The notes under the pieces are model-generated. The model was not told the origin of the DNA and made no database searches. It was given only the letters and a program-made list of their open reading frames with translations. Below are positions 29,088-37,901 of a stretch of DNA of 64,000 nt, one piece after another. The stretch comes from a virus. Lineage: Duplodnaviria; Caudoviricetes. The stretch spans positions 15,318-79,317 of IMG/VR virus record IMGVR_UViG_3300043694_000018, one strand, 5' to 3'. The position numbers and the translations under genes are program-made. Position 1 is the first letter of the stretch. Every line of letters starts with the position of its first letter.

Positions 29088-30260
29088 ATGCTCGACTTTC
29101 CGAACAGCCCGACAGACCAGCAACTCTGGGGCGCACCGAACGGTGTGACGTACCAGTTCAATGCCTCGCCTTCGCCCGGCTACTGGGCGGCGGTCGGCGG
29201 CTCAACCACGGGCGCGACGATCTCCTCGACGCCGCCCGTCAATCCGTTCGGCGGGCAAATCTGGTGGCAGCCTGATCTCGCGCGCGCTTTCATCTGGTAC
29301 TTCGACGGCAACAGCTATCAATGGGTTCCGCTCGACCCCGGCACAGGCGCGCTCGCGACCGGGGCCGACTTCTTCTCCTCGGGCGCGCCAGCGCTCGGCA
29401 CGACTGCTCAAGTCACCACGATGCCGGTCATCAGTGGAAATTCAGGCTCGTGGTATTCGACAGGGACAGGGAGGTTCATCCCACCGGCAGGAAGATACAA
29501 CCTGTTCGCTGCCATCGGTGGCTACAGCAATGCCGGTGCCATCGGCATCAACGGCGCGATCCGCAAGAATGGCGTGACTGTTGGTCAAGGCCCCGCCGTC
29601 AACACGCCGGGGGCCAATCAATGGGGTGTCACGCCCCACAATGTGCAGGCGGACGCCAACGGCAGCGACTACTTCGACTTCCTCGTGTCGTGCAATCCCG
29701 CCGCGACCGGCAGCTTCGGTTGGTTCGGCGCGCATCCTGTCGGCCAGATCGTCGGCACGATCCAGCCGGGGCCGAGCGTGCCGTACCTCTACAACGAGGT
29801 GGTCTCGATTGCGGGCGCGACCGACATGCGACCGACCTTTCCGTCGAACGCCAAGAAGATCGAGATCGAGTTCGCCATCGGCACTTCGGATTCCTCGGCG
29901 CAGACGTTCTATGTGCAGTGGATGCAGGGCGGGGCCATCGTCGGCGGCACCAACTACACGTACCAGATGTTCTATGGCACCGGCACGACCGTCGCGGCGG
30001 CAGGCGCGACCGGGCAAGGGTACTTCAACCTCGGCAGCGCGCTCATCTTCAAGGGCGTGCTGCGTCCCTCGTTCCTCTATCCCTCCGGCTACGTCCTCGA
30101 AGGCCAAGGCTACGCGCAGGGCGCGTCGGGTGCGCGCTACGCCATGGGCTGGTCAGGCGACACGGGCGCGCTCGGCGGCATCACCGCGCTGCGCCTCGGC
30201 TTCGTCTCGGGCACGACGCTGGCAGTCGGCAGCTACGCCCGCAGCTACGTGGTGCAGTGA
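29088..30260 (+). CDS. Fibre/RBP-like protein with C1q-like domain
   Basis: LDFPNSP N-terminus; GRFIPPAGRY..KNG..DYFDF..FGAH. Confidence 0.6.
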   Translation: MLDFPNSPTDQQLWGAPNGVTYQFNASPSPGYWAAVGGSTTGATISSTPPVNPFGGQIWWQPDLARAFIWYFDGNSYQWVPLDPGTGALATGADFFSSGAPALGTTAQVTTMPVISGNSGSWYSTGTGRFIPPAGRYNLFAAIGGYSNAGAIGINGAIRKNGVTVGQGPAVNTPGANQWGVTPHNVQADANGSDYFDFLVSCNPAATGSFGWFGAHPVGQIVGTIQPGPSVPYLYNEVVSIAGATDMRPTFPSNAKKIEIEFAIGTSDSSAQTFYVQWMQGGAIVGGTNYTYQMFYGTGTTVAAAGATGQGYFNLGSALIFKGVLRPSFLYPSGYVLEGQGYAQGASGARYAMGWSGDTGALGGITALRLGFVSGTTLAVGSYARSYVVQ

Positions 30261-31339
30261 TGGCGCTCGATTTCCCAAACAGCCCGGTCGCCAATCAGGT
30301 GTTCTATGCCAGCAACGGCATCGCCTACCAGTACAACGCGACCTACACCGCATGGCTGCCGATCAGCGCGTTGATCGCGCCGCCCGTCGACTTCTACGCG
30401 ACGATCTACTCCACGGGTATTCCCGCCGCTTGGACGACGCTCACGGCATGGGCCGTCCAGTCGGGCAATGCAGGCGGATGGCTCGGCGCGAACGGGCGGT
30501 TCACGCCGCCACCCGGCCGCTACTTCGTCTTCGCCGCGCATGTGTTCGGCCAGACCGGCACCGCCGTCACGGGCTACATCACGCTGCGCAAGAACGGCAC
30601 CGTCATCGCAAACCCATCGCCGGGCATGACGACGGGGACGGCTGGCTACTACGGCAACACGTTCCATCAGGCCATTGTCGACATGAACGGCACGGACTGG
30701 ATTGACGTGCAGGTCTATGCCGGGACAACGACCAACATCAACCTGCCGTTCTGGTTCGGCGCGTTCGCGCTGCCCGGCGGCGCGCAGCCCTCGCCGGTCT
30801 ACACGCCGACATGGCGGCAACTCTATCGCATCTCACCGACTGCGGGCGTCGGTCCCATCGACCTGACCTCGATTCCGTCCGACATCAACGATCTCGAACT
30901 GCGCTTCGACGTGAGTGCCACCACCGGGGCGCAGGACTTCATCGTCCAAGTCATCACGGCGAGCGGCGTCATTGCATCCAGCTATGCATGGTCGACCAAG
31001 TGGGGCAACCACGCGCAGGCGTCGGGCGCGGCTCCCGCTGTGTACAACAGCACTGCCTCTGGCATGACCTCGGGCTTCGCGCTCAACGGCTCGGTGGTCG
31101 GCAACCGGGTGAGCTATACCATCAACGGCTCGCTCAAGATCAACAACATCAGAGACAACAGCCGGACGAAGTACGCCAACTGGCATTGCGGCTTCCTTGA
31201 ACAGACCGGGACCTACGTCGTGGACATGGAAGGCGGCGGCTACCAGAGCGGCGGCTTGGCGATCACGGGCCTGCGCTGCACGTGGACCTCGACCACTTTC
31301 GCCGCTGGTGGGGAACTGTCACTACTCGGATCACCTTGA
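30260..31339 (+). CDS. Paralogous fibre/RBP-like protein with C1q-like domain
   Basis: MALDFPNSP; GRFTPPPGRY..KNG..DWIDV..WFGAF. ATG overlaps previous TGA. Confidence 0.6.
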   Translation: MALDFPNSPVANQVFYASNGIAYQYNATYTAWLPISALIAPPVDFYATIYSTGIPAAWTTLTAWAVQSGNAGGWLGANGRFTPPPGRYFVFAAHVFGQTGTAVTGYITLRKNGTVIANPSPGMTTGTAGYYGNTFHQAIVDMNGTDWIDVQVYAGTTTNINLPFWFGAFALPGGAQPSPVYTPTWRQLYRISPTAGVGPIDLTSIPSDINDLELRFDVSATTGAQDFIVQVITASGVIASSYAWSTKWGNHAQASGAAPAVYNSTASGMTSGFALNGSVVGNRVSYTINGSLKINNIRDNSRTKYANWHCGFLEQTGTYVVDMEGGGYQSGGLAITGLRCTWTSTTFAAGGELSLLGSP

Positions 31340-31352
31340 GAAGGAGGCATCG

Positions 31353-31685
31353 ATGCCGACATACGTGTGCGTCAAGGACAACGTCATCACCCAGATCGGA
31401 AAGGAGACCGACCCCGCGCTGGTCTTGGCACCGGGTGAGGTCCAGTACATCGCGCCGCCGGTCATGCCCGGCGCAGACGAGCCCGAGGTCGGCTGGCTGT
31501 GGAACGACGCCAATCCCGCGCCAGCGGCAGCGACTATGCCTGCGGGCGAGGAGAAGGCGAGCGCCGATCCCGGCCGCGCGCCGGAGCCCCCCAGCGACGA
31601 GCCGGGTGCGCCGCCAACCGGCACACCGCCGCAGCCGCGCCCAGCACCGCATGCGCCCGCGCATCGCGGCAGCCGCAGGGAGTAG
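31353..31685 (+). CDS. Tail fibre assembly-like protein, Pro-rich tail
   Basis: RBS AAGGAGG; P.VGWLW motif. Confidence 0.45.
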   Translation: MPTYVCVKDNVITQIGKETDPALVLAPGEVQYIAPPVMPGADEPEVGWLWNDANPAPAAATMPAGEEKASADPGRAPEPPSDEPGAPPTGTPPQPRPAPHAPAHRGSRRE

Positions 31686-31688
31686 GCC

Positions 31689-32057
31689 ATGGCCGACCCA
31701 GCGCACGAAATCGGAACGCCACCAGTGGGCCACGAGATGACCAACGATCCGAACAAGATCAGCTACGCCGTCGTCGGTGTCGACGGCGGCAACCTCTTGG
31801 TCGACTACAAGCTCGGCGAGAACACCGTGCAGCTTCGCCTGCCCTACACGGGCGACAAGGAGAACCTGCCCGCCTACCTCAGCCGCATGGTGACGCTCAC
31901 CGGGCTCGCCGACATCCCGCAGCCGCGCACCGAGACCGTCGACCTCACGCAGTTCCTCGGGACGGCGGGTCAGGTCAAGTACGAGCACGAGGAGCCGCCA
32001 CCGCCGCCGCCCCCTGTGCCGCCGCAGGCTCCTGCGTCACCGCCCGAGCGCGAGTGA
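31689..32057 (+). CDS. Hypothetical protein
   Basis: RBS GGGAG, typical codon bias. Confidence 0.55.
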   Translation: MADPAHEIGTPPVGHEMTNDPNKISYAVVGVDGGNLLVDYKLGENTVQLRLPYTGDKENLPAYLSRMVTLTGLADIPQPRTETVDLTQFLGTAGQVKYEHEEPPPPPPPVPPQAPASPPERE

Positions 32058-32058
32058 T

Positions 32059-32313
32059 GTGAAGCGGTGTCTGGCGCTCATCCTGTTGCTGGCTGGTTGC
32101 AGCAGCACCAAACCGCCTGACTGGCCAGACCCGCCTTTCAAGATGGAGGTGACGCTCGCGCGTGACGACAAGATCGTCTGCATGGAGCGCATCTTCCATG
32201 TCGGCTTGCCGACCACGGGCGGGCACTGGCCCAAGGTGATCGGCTACTTGAGGCGCGAGTTCGAGTGTACCGTCGTGCCCGTCAACTATCCGTTGAGAGG
32301 GAGTGAGTGGTAA
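32059..32313 (+). CDS. Lipoprotein (possible spanin)
   Basis: Signal and lipobox LLLAGC; upstream of the endolysin. Confidence 0.55.
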   Translation: MKRCLALILLLAGCSSTKPPDWPDPPFKMEVTLARDDKIVCMERIFHVGLPTTGGHWPKVIGYLRREFECTVVPVNYPLRGSEW

Positions 32314-32738
32314 TGCCCATGTTGCTCAGCCCGAACTTTAGCCTTGAGGAAATGATCCGGTCGGACACGGCTCAAGCCGAGGGCATCGTCAATGCGCCCA
32401 ACTGGGACTGCCTCGTTCAGATGATCCTGCTCTGCAACAACACGCTCGAAGGCATCCGCAAGTTGCTGGGCGACGTGCCGATCACCATCACGTCCGGCTT
32501 CCGCTGTGGCGACCTCAACGAAGCGGTCGGTGGCGCGGAAAATTCGGCTCACTTGTTCGGCTGCGCCGCCGACTTCCATGCCGAGGGCTTCACGATCCAA
32601 GGGATCATCGCCGCCGTTCAGCCTCACATGGCAGAGCTTGAGATCGACCAGTTGATCGATGAGTACAGTCAGTGGGTCCATGTCGGTCGCGCCAATTTCG
32701 GCGCGACCCCGCGCAACGAGTGTTTCGCCGTCACCTAG
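32313..32738 (+). CDS. Endolysin, peptidase M15 family
   Basis: LSPNFSLEE..ITSGFRC..NEAVGG..SAH..AADF..WVHV. Confidence 0.85.
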   Translation: MPMLLSPNFSLEEMIRSDTAQAEGIVNAPNWDCLVQMILLCNNTLEGIRKLLGDVPITITSGFRCGDLNEAVGGAENSAHLFGCAADFHAEGFTIQGIIAAVQPHMAELEIDQLIDEYSQWVHVGRANFGATPRNECFAVT

Positions 32739-33061
32739 CGTGGCTGGCCCGCGCGCCGGGCCATCTCCTCGCTGGCTGGCGAGATGCGTCCGTACTCGCC
32801 GTTGTACCAGCGCGGGAACAGGCGCTCGCCGACCCAGTGGACGGCGAGGATCACGCCGAACGCCGTGTAGGCGATCAGCCATTCCCACTTGCGGATCGGC
32901 TTCTCGACGCCGGGTGGCGTCTTGAGCCACCACAGGATGTCAGGCGGCGGCGCGACGCCGGTCAGCACATCAGGCGTCGGCTTGGGTGCGGTGAGCCTGA
33001 GCGCGACCCACGTGGCGAAGCTCAGCGCGATCACCACCAGCGCGATGTACAGGACCGTCAT
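32735..33061 (-). CDS. Membrane protein
   Basis: Two hydrophobic segments; its stop overlaps the endolysin stop (CTAG). Confidence 0.55.
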   Translation of the reverse strand: MTVLYIALVVIALSFATWVALRLTAPKPTPDVLTGVAPPPDILWWLKTPPGVEKPIRKWEWLIAYTAFGVILAVHWVGERLFPRWYNGEYGRISPASEEMARRAGQPR

Positions 33062-33288
33062 CGGGTCTGGTCCCACGCGCCTGCGCCGGGATTGGCCTTG
33101 CGATCCCAGTCTGCGTCGGAGGCTTCCTCACTGGCGGCGGCCAGCGTGTAAAGCTCCTCGACCAGCCGCTGGATGATCACGACCATTGCATCGGGGCCTA
33201 GCTCGCCGCTGATGATGGCGAGTTGCTTGCCGACGTGCTCGCTCAGTTCCTTGTAGGCGCGCTCCTGCTTGTACTGTTCGTCTGCCAT
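33058..33288 (-). CDS. Hypothetical protein (76 aa)
   Basis: MADEQYKQ..; coupled to both neighbours. Confidence 0.55.
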   Translation of the reverse strand: MADEQYKQERAYKELSEHVGKQLAIISGELGPDAMVVIIQRLVEELYTLAAASEEASDADWDRKANPGAGAWDQTR

Positions 33289-34460
33289 CACGCCTTCTCC
33301 CTTCCTGTCATCATCGGCCGCGCCTGTTGCTTGGCGGCCTCCTTGCTCTGCGCCGTCGATGGCACGTTGTCGGTCTTCTGGCTGCCTTGGCTGCCCGGAT
33401 ACCAGACCTGCATCCAGCCGGGCTGCGTCGCCTGCCCGCCGTAGCCCCGCAGCTTCGGCACGCCTGTCACGGCGACCGCGCCCGCCGGGCACTTCACGAT
33501 GTACTGCGTCGGCCCGGTGTGCGGCGTCACCCAGTTGCGCGTCCAGTTGCCGTCGCTCGCAAGCTGCGGGCTCGCGATCTCGGCTCCGGCCCAGTCCTGC
33601 TTGTCGACCACCACCATGATCTGCCCGGCGTTCTCCATCTGCGGGTTCCAGATCATGTGGATGCCGTTCGTCGCATGGATGCCACCCATGCCGTTGCAGA
33701 CGAACTTCGGCGACAGCCACGTCACCTGATCGGACGATGCCAGTTGCTCGGCACCCCAGCCGTCGCAGCGGGAAAGCTGCGCGTTGTTGACGGTGATCTG
33801 CGTGGTGGTGCCGCCGCCGGTTGGCCCGTTCTCGAAGATGACGCCGGTCTTGCCGACATCGTTGGTCTCGATCATGTCGACCGAGCCCTCGAACGCGCCC
33901 ATGAACACGTAGCCGTTGCCCGCGACGTGCTCGACGCGCAGGTTCTGGATCGAGAAGTTGTAGAAGCTCTCGTTGTTGCCTTGGTTGCTGGAGACGAAGC
34001 GGAAGGCATCGCCACAGCGCCGGTTGGGATAGTCGCCCGTGACGAACAGGTTCTTCAGCCGGAAGCCCGGCTGCCCATCCTGAAACTCCAGCAGGTGATC
34101 GTAGCTCGCGATGGCGGTGCCGATCTGGAGGCCTGAGCCGTCGAAGTAGAAGTTGGGCTTCGTGACGGGCACGACGATCTTGGCGCTCACCGTGATCGGC
34201 GGACTGGCGGGGTCGACCACGATGCGCCCGCCGTTGGCGGCGGTCTGAAGCGCAGTGCGCAGGTCGCCCTCGTTGTTGATCATCGTCAGCATGCCGTTCT
34301 CCGGTGGTTGAGGGTCAGGAGGGATCGGATCAGGCGGCGTGGCGGTGAGGGCCGCCAGCGCTTCGGCCGATGCCGCAGGAGCGTCGCGCAGCCATTGCAG
34401 CGTGGCCTCGCTGACCGTTCCGGCGGCCAGCCCGGCGAGTACGTCTCGGCGCTCAGGCAT
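33288..34460 (-). CDS. Parallel beta-helix (pectin-lyase-like) protein with putative Tat signal
   Basis: MPERRDVLAGLAAG; DLRTALQTA.NGG..; NLRVEHVAGNGY; RBS GAGGGAG. Confidence 0.6.
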   Translation of the reverse strand: MPERRDVLAGLAAGTVSEATLQWLRDAPAASAEALAALTATPPDPIPPDPQPPENGMLTMINNEGDLRTALQTAANGGRIVVDPASPPITVSAKIVVPVTKPNFYFDGSGLQIGTAIASYDHLLEFQDGQPGFRLKNLFVTGDYPNRRCGDAFRFVSSNQGNNESFYNFSIQNLRVEHVAGNGYVFMGAFEGSVDMIETNDVGKTGVIFENGPTGGGTTTQITVNNAQLSRCDGWGAEQLASSDQVTWLSPKFVCNGMGGIHATNGIHMIWNPQMENAGQIMVVVDKQDWAGAEIASPQLASDGNWTRNWVTPHTGPTQYIVKCPAGAVAVTGVPKLRGYGGQATQPGWMQVWYPGSQGSQKTDNVPSTAQSKEAAKQQARPMMTGREKA

Positions 34461-34491
34461 GTTCGGTCTCCCTCGTCGGATCATGCGCCAC

Positions 34492-34659
34492 TCAGCCCAC
34501 GGTCGGTGGTGGCCATTTTTGGCGCGGCACCGGCACGCGCACCCGGATCGGGCCGCGCTGCTCGATGAGGGCGCGCAGGCCTGCCGGGTCGTGGCGTGCC
34601 CACACCATGAAGCAGTGGTGGCTGATCACGGTCGGCGGCCAGAGGTCGCCCGGCACCAT
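34492..34659 (-). CDS. Hypothetical protein (55 aa)
   Basis: GC3-rich 3' part of the tracked ORF 34492-34863. Confidence 0.4.
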   Translation of the reverse strand: MVPGDLWPPTVISHHCFMVWARHDPAGLRALIEQRGPIRVRVPVPRQKWPPPTVG

Positions 34660-34875
34660 CGCACGGGGCGCGCAACTTAAAGACCCTACTGCCGACTGGG
34701 GAAGCCCATATTTGACCGCCAGAGGGCCTTGGCCGGGAGCGCCCGGAGATACGGCCCCGGCGGCCGAGCCTACGTGCTGGTCACGGCTGCCAAGCCGCTG
34801 GGGTGTCGACGGGGTGTCGACACCTAGGGTCAGCGGATCGGTTACGGAAGGTAACTCTGCCATGTCACCGCCCGG

Positions 34876-35109
34876 TCACAGACGACCCCGGTCTTCGCGC
34901 AGCCAGTACCAGAGCACGATGGGCAGCCAGCCGGTCGACCAGCGCAGGAAGCACGTGACGTTGGCGAACCAGAACGCCCGCCACTCGGCCCCGGTCTGGG
35001 GCCGGGCAACACGCGCCAGCAGGCCGCTCAGCACTGACAGGGCGAACACCGTGCCGATGGCCATGTAGAGCGCCAGCGCGATGGCCAGCATGCGCTCGAA
35101 GTCGCTCAC
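34876..35109 (-). CDS. Small membrane protein
   Basis: Two hydrophobic segments. Confidence 0.55.
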   Translation of the reverse strand: MSDFERMLAIALALYMAIGTVFALSVLSGLLARVARPQTGAEWRAFWFANVTCFLRWSTGWLPIVLWYWLREDRGRL

Positions 35110-35318
35110 GCCGCCGCTTCCAGTGTGTCGGTCTGGGCCTGACAGTGGTCGATGATCTGGCCGTAGAACTCGACGGCGGCCTTCGCGGTCATCGTCTTGG
35201 CCACCCGGTCGAGCACATCCTTGGCGGCCTTGGCGGCCTCGGCCGGGCCGGGCGTGCGCCGCTTGGGCTTGGCGGCCTTGCGGGCCTTCTTCTTCGCTGC
35301 CTTGCGTCTCGCTGCCAT
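35106..35318 (-). CDS. Small protein with histone-like basic N-terminus
   Basis: MAARRKAAKKKARKAAKPKRR; RBS GGGAGG. Confidence 0.6.
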   Translation of the reverse strand: MAARRKAAKKKARKAAKPKRRTPGPAEAAKAAKDVLDRVAKTMTAKAAVEFYGQIIDHCQAQTDTLEAAA

Positions 35319-35328
35319 GGTCTCCTCC

Positions 35329-35607
35329 CTATCGTTGGTAGGTCTTCGATTCGCAGCGCTCCTCCGAGCCCTGCTTCCAGCACCGCGTGATCGTCTCGCG
35401 CTGGCCGGTGTCGCGCCCGCGCAGCACGGGCGTCGGCGTCGTGTCGCGCTCCCGGCACACCCGGTAGGCCCCTTCCTTCCAGCACAGGGTGGACGTGGTC
35501 TGCTGGCCGTGCGCGTTGCTGCACATGCTGAGACCCCACAGCCCCATGCCGAAGATCATCGGCATGCCGACAAGCAGCTTCATGACGCGCATGTCAGAGT
35601 TGGTCAT
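35329..35607 (-). CDS. Small secreted Cys-containing protein
   Basis: Signal-like N-terminus; duplicated CWK(E/Q)G motif. Confidence 0.5.
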   Translation of the reverse strand: MTNSDMRVMKLLVGMPMIFGMGLWGLSMCSNAHGQQTTSTLCWKEGAYRVCRERDTTPTPVLRGRDTGQRETITRCWKQGSEERCESKTYQR

Positions 35608-35627
35608 CTCCCCCTCCCCCGGTGACT

Positions 35628-35975
35628 TCAGTGCGTCACCCCCGCCGCTTCTTCCTCAAGGTCGTCGTAGCCGCCCAGCGCCTCGAACATCGGGTGAGCG
35701 ATCATCGTGCCGTACAGGCGGCTGATGTCCCGGCGCAGCGGTACGACCATGGCGACCGGGATGTCGATCTCCTCGCCCGGCTTCACGGCGTGGAGCTTCT
35801 GCGCCAGCAGGTAGCGGCGGCGGTGCTCCAGTTCGGTGCGTGGCGGCTGCTGGGGATCGCCCGGCTGGACGCAGGCGTTGATGAGCACGACCCGCACGGT
35901 CCACGTCGTCTTGCCGTCCGGCGTGATCATCGGCCGCTGATCGAAATCGACCAGCACCTTGTCGGTCAGCTTCAT
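35628..35975 (-). CDS. Hypothetical protein
   Basis: Coupled ORF, typical codon bias. Confidence 0.55.
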   Translation of the reverse strand: MKLTDKVLVDFDQRPMITPDGKTTWTVRVVLINACVQPGDPQQPPRTELEHRRRYLLAQKLHAVKPGEEIDIPVAMVVPLRRDISRLYGTMIAHPMFEALGGYDDLEEEAAGVTH

Positions 35976-36274
35976 GCGCTCACCTTCAGTTCGTTCATGA
36001 CCTCGATGACCTCGGCCCGCCGTTCCTTCGCCCGGTCGATGCGCTCATCGATGTGCTCCAGAACGCGCGGCCAGAGATCAGGCTGGATCACGGTTTCGAG
36101 GCCGTCCCAGCGGCGCACGGTGCGCAGGTTCACGGCGACGGCGCGGCCCATCTCGGACTTCCAGCGCTTGCCGTAGAGGGCACGACCGACGCGCTCCAGC
36201 AGGCGGCGGTAGCGAACGGCTTCCTTCTTCGTGGGAGGATGCTCCCTGAAATCACGTGGTCGCTGCTTGCTCAT
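35972..36274 (-). CDS. HTH transcriptional regulator
   Basis: LYGKRWKSEMGRAVAVNLRTVRRW. Confidence 0.65.
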   Translation of the reverse strand: MSKQRPRDFREHPPTKKEAVRYRRLLERVGRALYGKRWKSEMGRAVAVNLRTVRRWDGLETVIQPDLWPRVLEHIDERIDRAKERRAEVIEVMNELKVSA

Positions 36275-36321
36275 GGATGCCCTAATATCAGGCTGCCCGC
36301 TTTCGGTAAACAGCATCATGG

Positions 36322-36693
36322 TCATTGCGGCAAGTTCGATTCGGTGTAGCCGAAGCGCTCCATCAGTGCGTGACGACAGTTCTCGATCTGCACGAGGAAC
36401 AGGCGCTCCCAGAAGAAGTCGGAGCGGACCATCCGGTCGAGCAGCTTCTCGTTGTGCCGGTGCTGCGCCTCCTCCCACATCATGGCGTAAGCGCGCGCTT
36501 CGATCATGGTCTCGCGGTCGTACAGCGTCTCCGGCAGCTTGATGCCGCGCTCGCGCAAGGCCTTGATGGCGCTCCCGGCCGCTGCGATCACTTGCTGCTC
36601 GTTGAGCACCGGCCCGCTCATCGGCGTCAGGCTCTGCGTCGCGACGAACTCCAGCATGTCCTTCGGCGGCTTCGGCAGATCGTTCGTGCTCAT
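36322..36693 (-). CDS. Hypothetical protein
   Basis: Start MSTNDLP overlaps the upstream stop. Confidence 0.5.
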   Translation of the reverse strand: MSTNDLPKPPKDMLEFVATQSLTPMSGPVLNEQQVIAAAGSAIKALRERGIKLPETLYDRETMIEARAYAMMWEEAQHRHNEKLLDRMVRSDFFWERLFLVQIENCRHALMERFGYTESNLPQ

Positions 36694-37013
36694 AGGCCCT
36701 CCATGAACTCGGCGTCGCCTGTCACGATGATGACAGTGCCGACGAGGTAGTCGCCGATCTCGGACGGCTGGCGGTCGAGCGCGCGCGCCCACAGCAACGT
36801 GGCCTGCGCGTTGAAGGGCAACTTCTTGTTCTTCCCATCCTCGTCGCAGAAGGCGACGCACTGCTGGCCCTCGTAGACGTAGAAGCTCGGCACCGCCTCG
36901 ACGTAGCCGCCGTTCAGCGCGGGCTTGATCAGTTCGAGAATGTTCTGCGGGTCGGTGGTGTCGATGCGCGAGATCGGTCGATCCGGGCGCACGATGTGAA
37001 GCGATCCGTTCAT
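36690..37013 (-). CDS. DUF3846-like protein
   Basis: GGYVEAV..CDEDGK.K.LPFN..AT..LVGTVIIV. Confidence 0.65.
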   Translation of the reverse strand: MNGSLHIVRPDRPISRIDTTDPQNILELIKPALNGGYVEAVPSFYVYEGQQCVAFCDEDGKNKKLPFNAQATLLWARALDRQPSEIGDYLVGTVIIVTGDAEFMEGL

Positions 37014-37345
37014 GACGACAGCCTCCTCATGTGCAAGAGCGCGATGCAGAGCATGATCGGCAGAACCGGCACGCCGTCGATCAGCGTCGCGCGGTCGAAG
37101 TCGAGCGCACCGTCGAGCAGGCTGCGCATGCCGCTTTCGTCGTGGGCGAGATCGTCGGCACTGATGTCACGTTCCTTCTGCATGCGCTCGAAGATCAGGC
37201 GCAGCGCACCCAGCGCAGCATTGACGCGGGCCTCGGTCATCACCTCCTCGGGCTCCACGTCGTAGCTCTCGCGCAGCAGGGCGCGCGCCTTCTCTACCCA
37301 CTCGGGCGTGATGTACTGGACGATCTCGCGCGGGATGCCCTTCAT
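37010..37345 (-). CDS. Hypothetical protein
   Basis: Coupled ORF. Confidence 0.55.
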   Translation of the reverse strand: MKGIPREIVQYITPEWVEKARALLRESYDVEPEEVMTEARVNAALGALRLIFERMQKERDISADDLAHDESGMRSLLDGALDFDRATLIDGVPVLPIMLCIALLHMRRLSS

Positions 37346-37596
37346 TCGGCCTTCTCGATGTGCTGCTTGGCGGCTTCGAGCGCACTGTCGATCTGCGCCT
37401 CCAGATCGGGCACGGTGATCTTGAGCGCCTCCCGCCTGATCTTCTGGAGCGTCACGACCAGCAGGACGTTGGCCTCCTCCAGCGCGTTCTTCTGTTTGAC
37501 CAGCTTGGTGATCTGGCCGTGCAGCGCGCCCAGCCGGTCGTTGATCGCGCTGCTCAGGTCATCGACGCGCTTCATCAGTTCTTCGGTCGTCGGCAT
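37342..37596 (-). CDS. Coiled-coil hypothetical protein
   Basis: RBS GGAGGAG before MPTTEE. Confidence 0.55.
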   Translation of the reverse strand: MPTTEELMKRVDDLSSAINDRLGALHGQITKLVKQKNALEEANVLLVVTLQKIRREALKITVPDLEAQIDSALEAAKQHIEKAE

Positions 37597-37598
37597 GC

Positions 37599-37901
37599 TC
37601 ACTCCTCCACGGGCTGGGGCTTTTTGGCGAGGCGGTTGACGGCTTCGGTCAACAGGGCCGCACGCTGGATAATGTACTGGTCGCGGCATGCCTCCTCCTC
37701 GTTCTCGCTGCGCGCCTTGGTCAGGCAGTCATCGTAGGTCTTGCGCGCCGCCTTGACGCGGTTGTCCCAATCGTCGGCGCGCAGCACGCAGGTCGACAGG
37801 CCGATCAGGATCACCGCGCCGAGCACGGTGAAGAAGGCGTCGCGCAGCCGTCGAAAGGCGCAGAACGCCGATACGACCAGCAGGATGACGACGAAGATCA
37901 T
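37599..37901 (-). CDS. Membrane-anchored hypothetical protein
   Basis: MIFVVILL.., two hydrophobic segments. Confidence 0.5.
   Translation of the reverse strand: MIFVVILLVVSAFCAFRRLRDAFFTVLGAVILIGLSTCVLRADDWDNRVKAARKTYDDCLTKARSENEEEACRDQYIIQRAALLTEAVNRLAKKPQPVEE

Noticed and set aside
334-31300. Many long antisense or alternate-frame ORFs (e.g. 334-2427, 2691-4502, 14620-16794, 21008-22609, 24945-26594)
   Set aside because: Shadow ORFs expected in high-GC coding DNA; they lack protein motifs and overlap well-supported plus-strand genes.
23843-31339. Diversity-generating retroelement acting on fibre C-termini
   Set aside because: No reverse transcriptase and no template/variable repeat pair with adenine-specific differences was seen in the window.
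34740-34860. c-di-GMP-I or cobalamin riboswitch
   Set aside because: Only fragments resemble the consensus; the GNRA loop/receptor and core motifs are missing.
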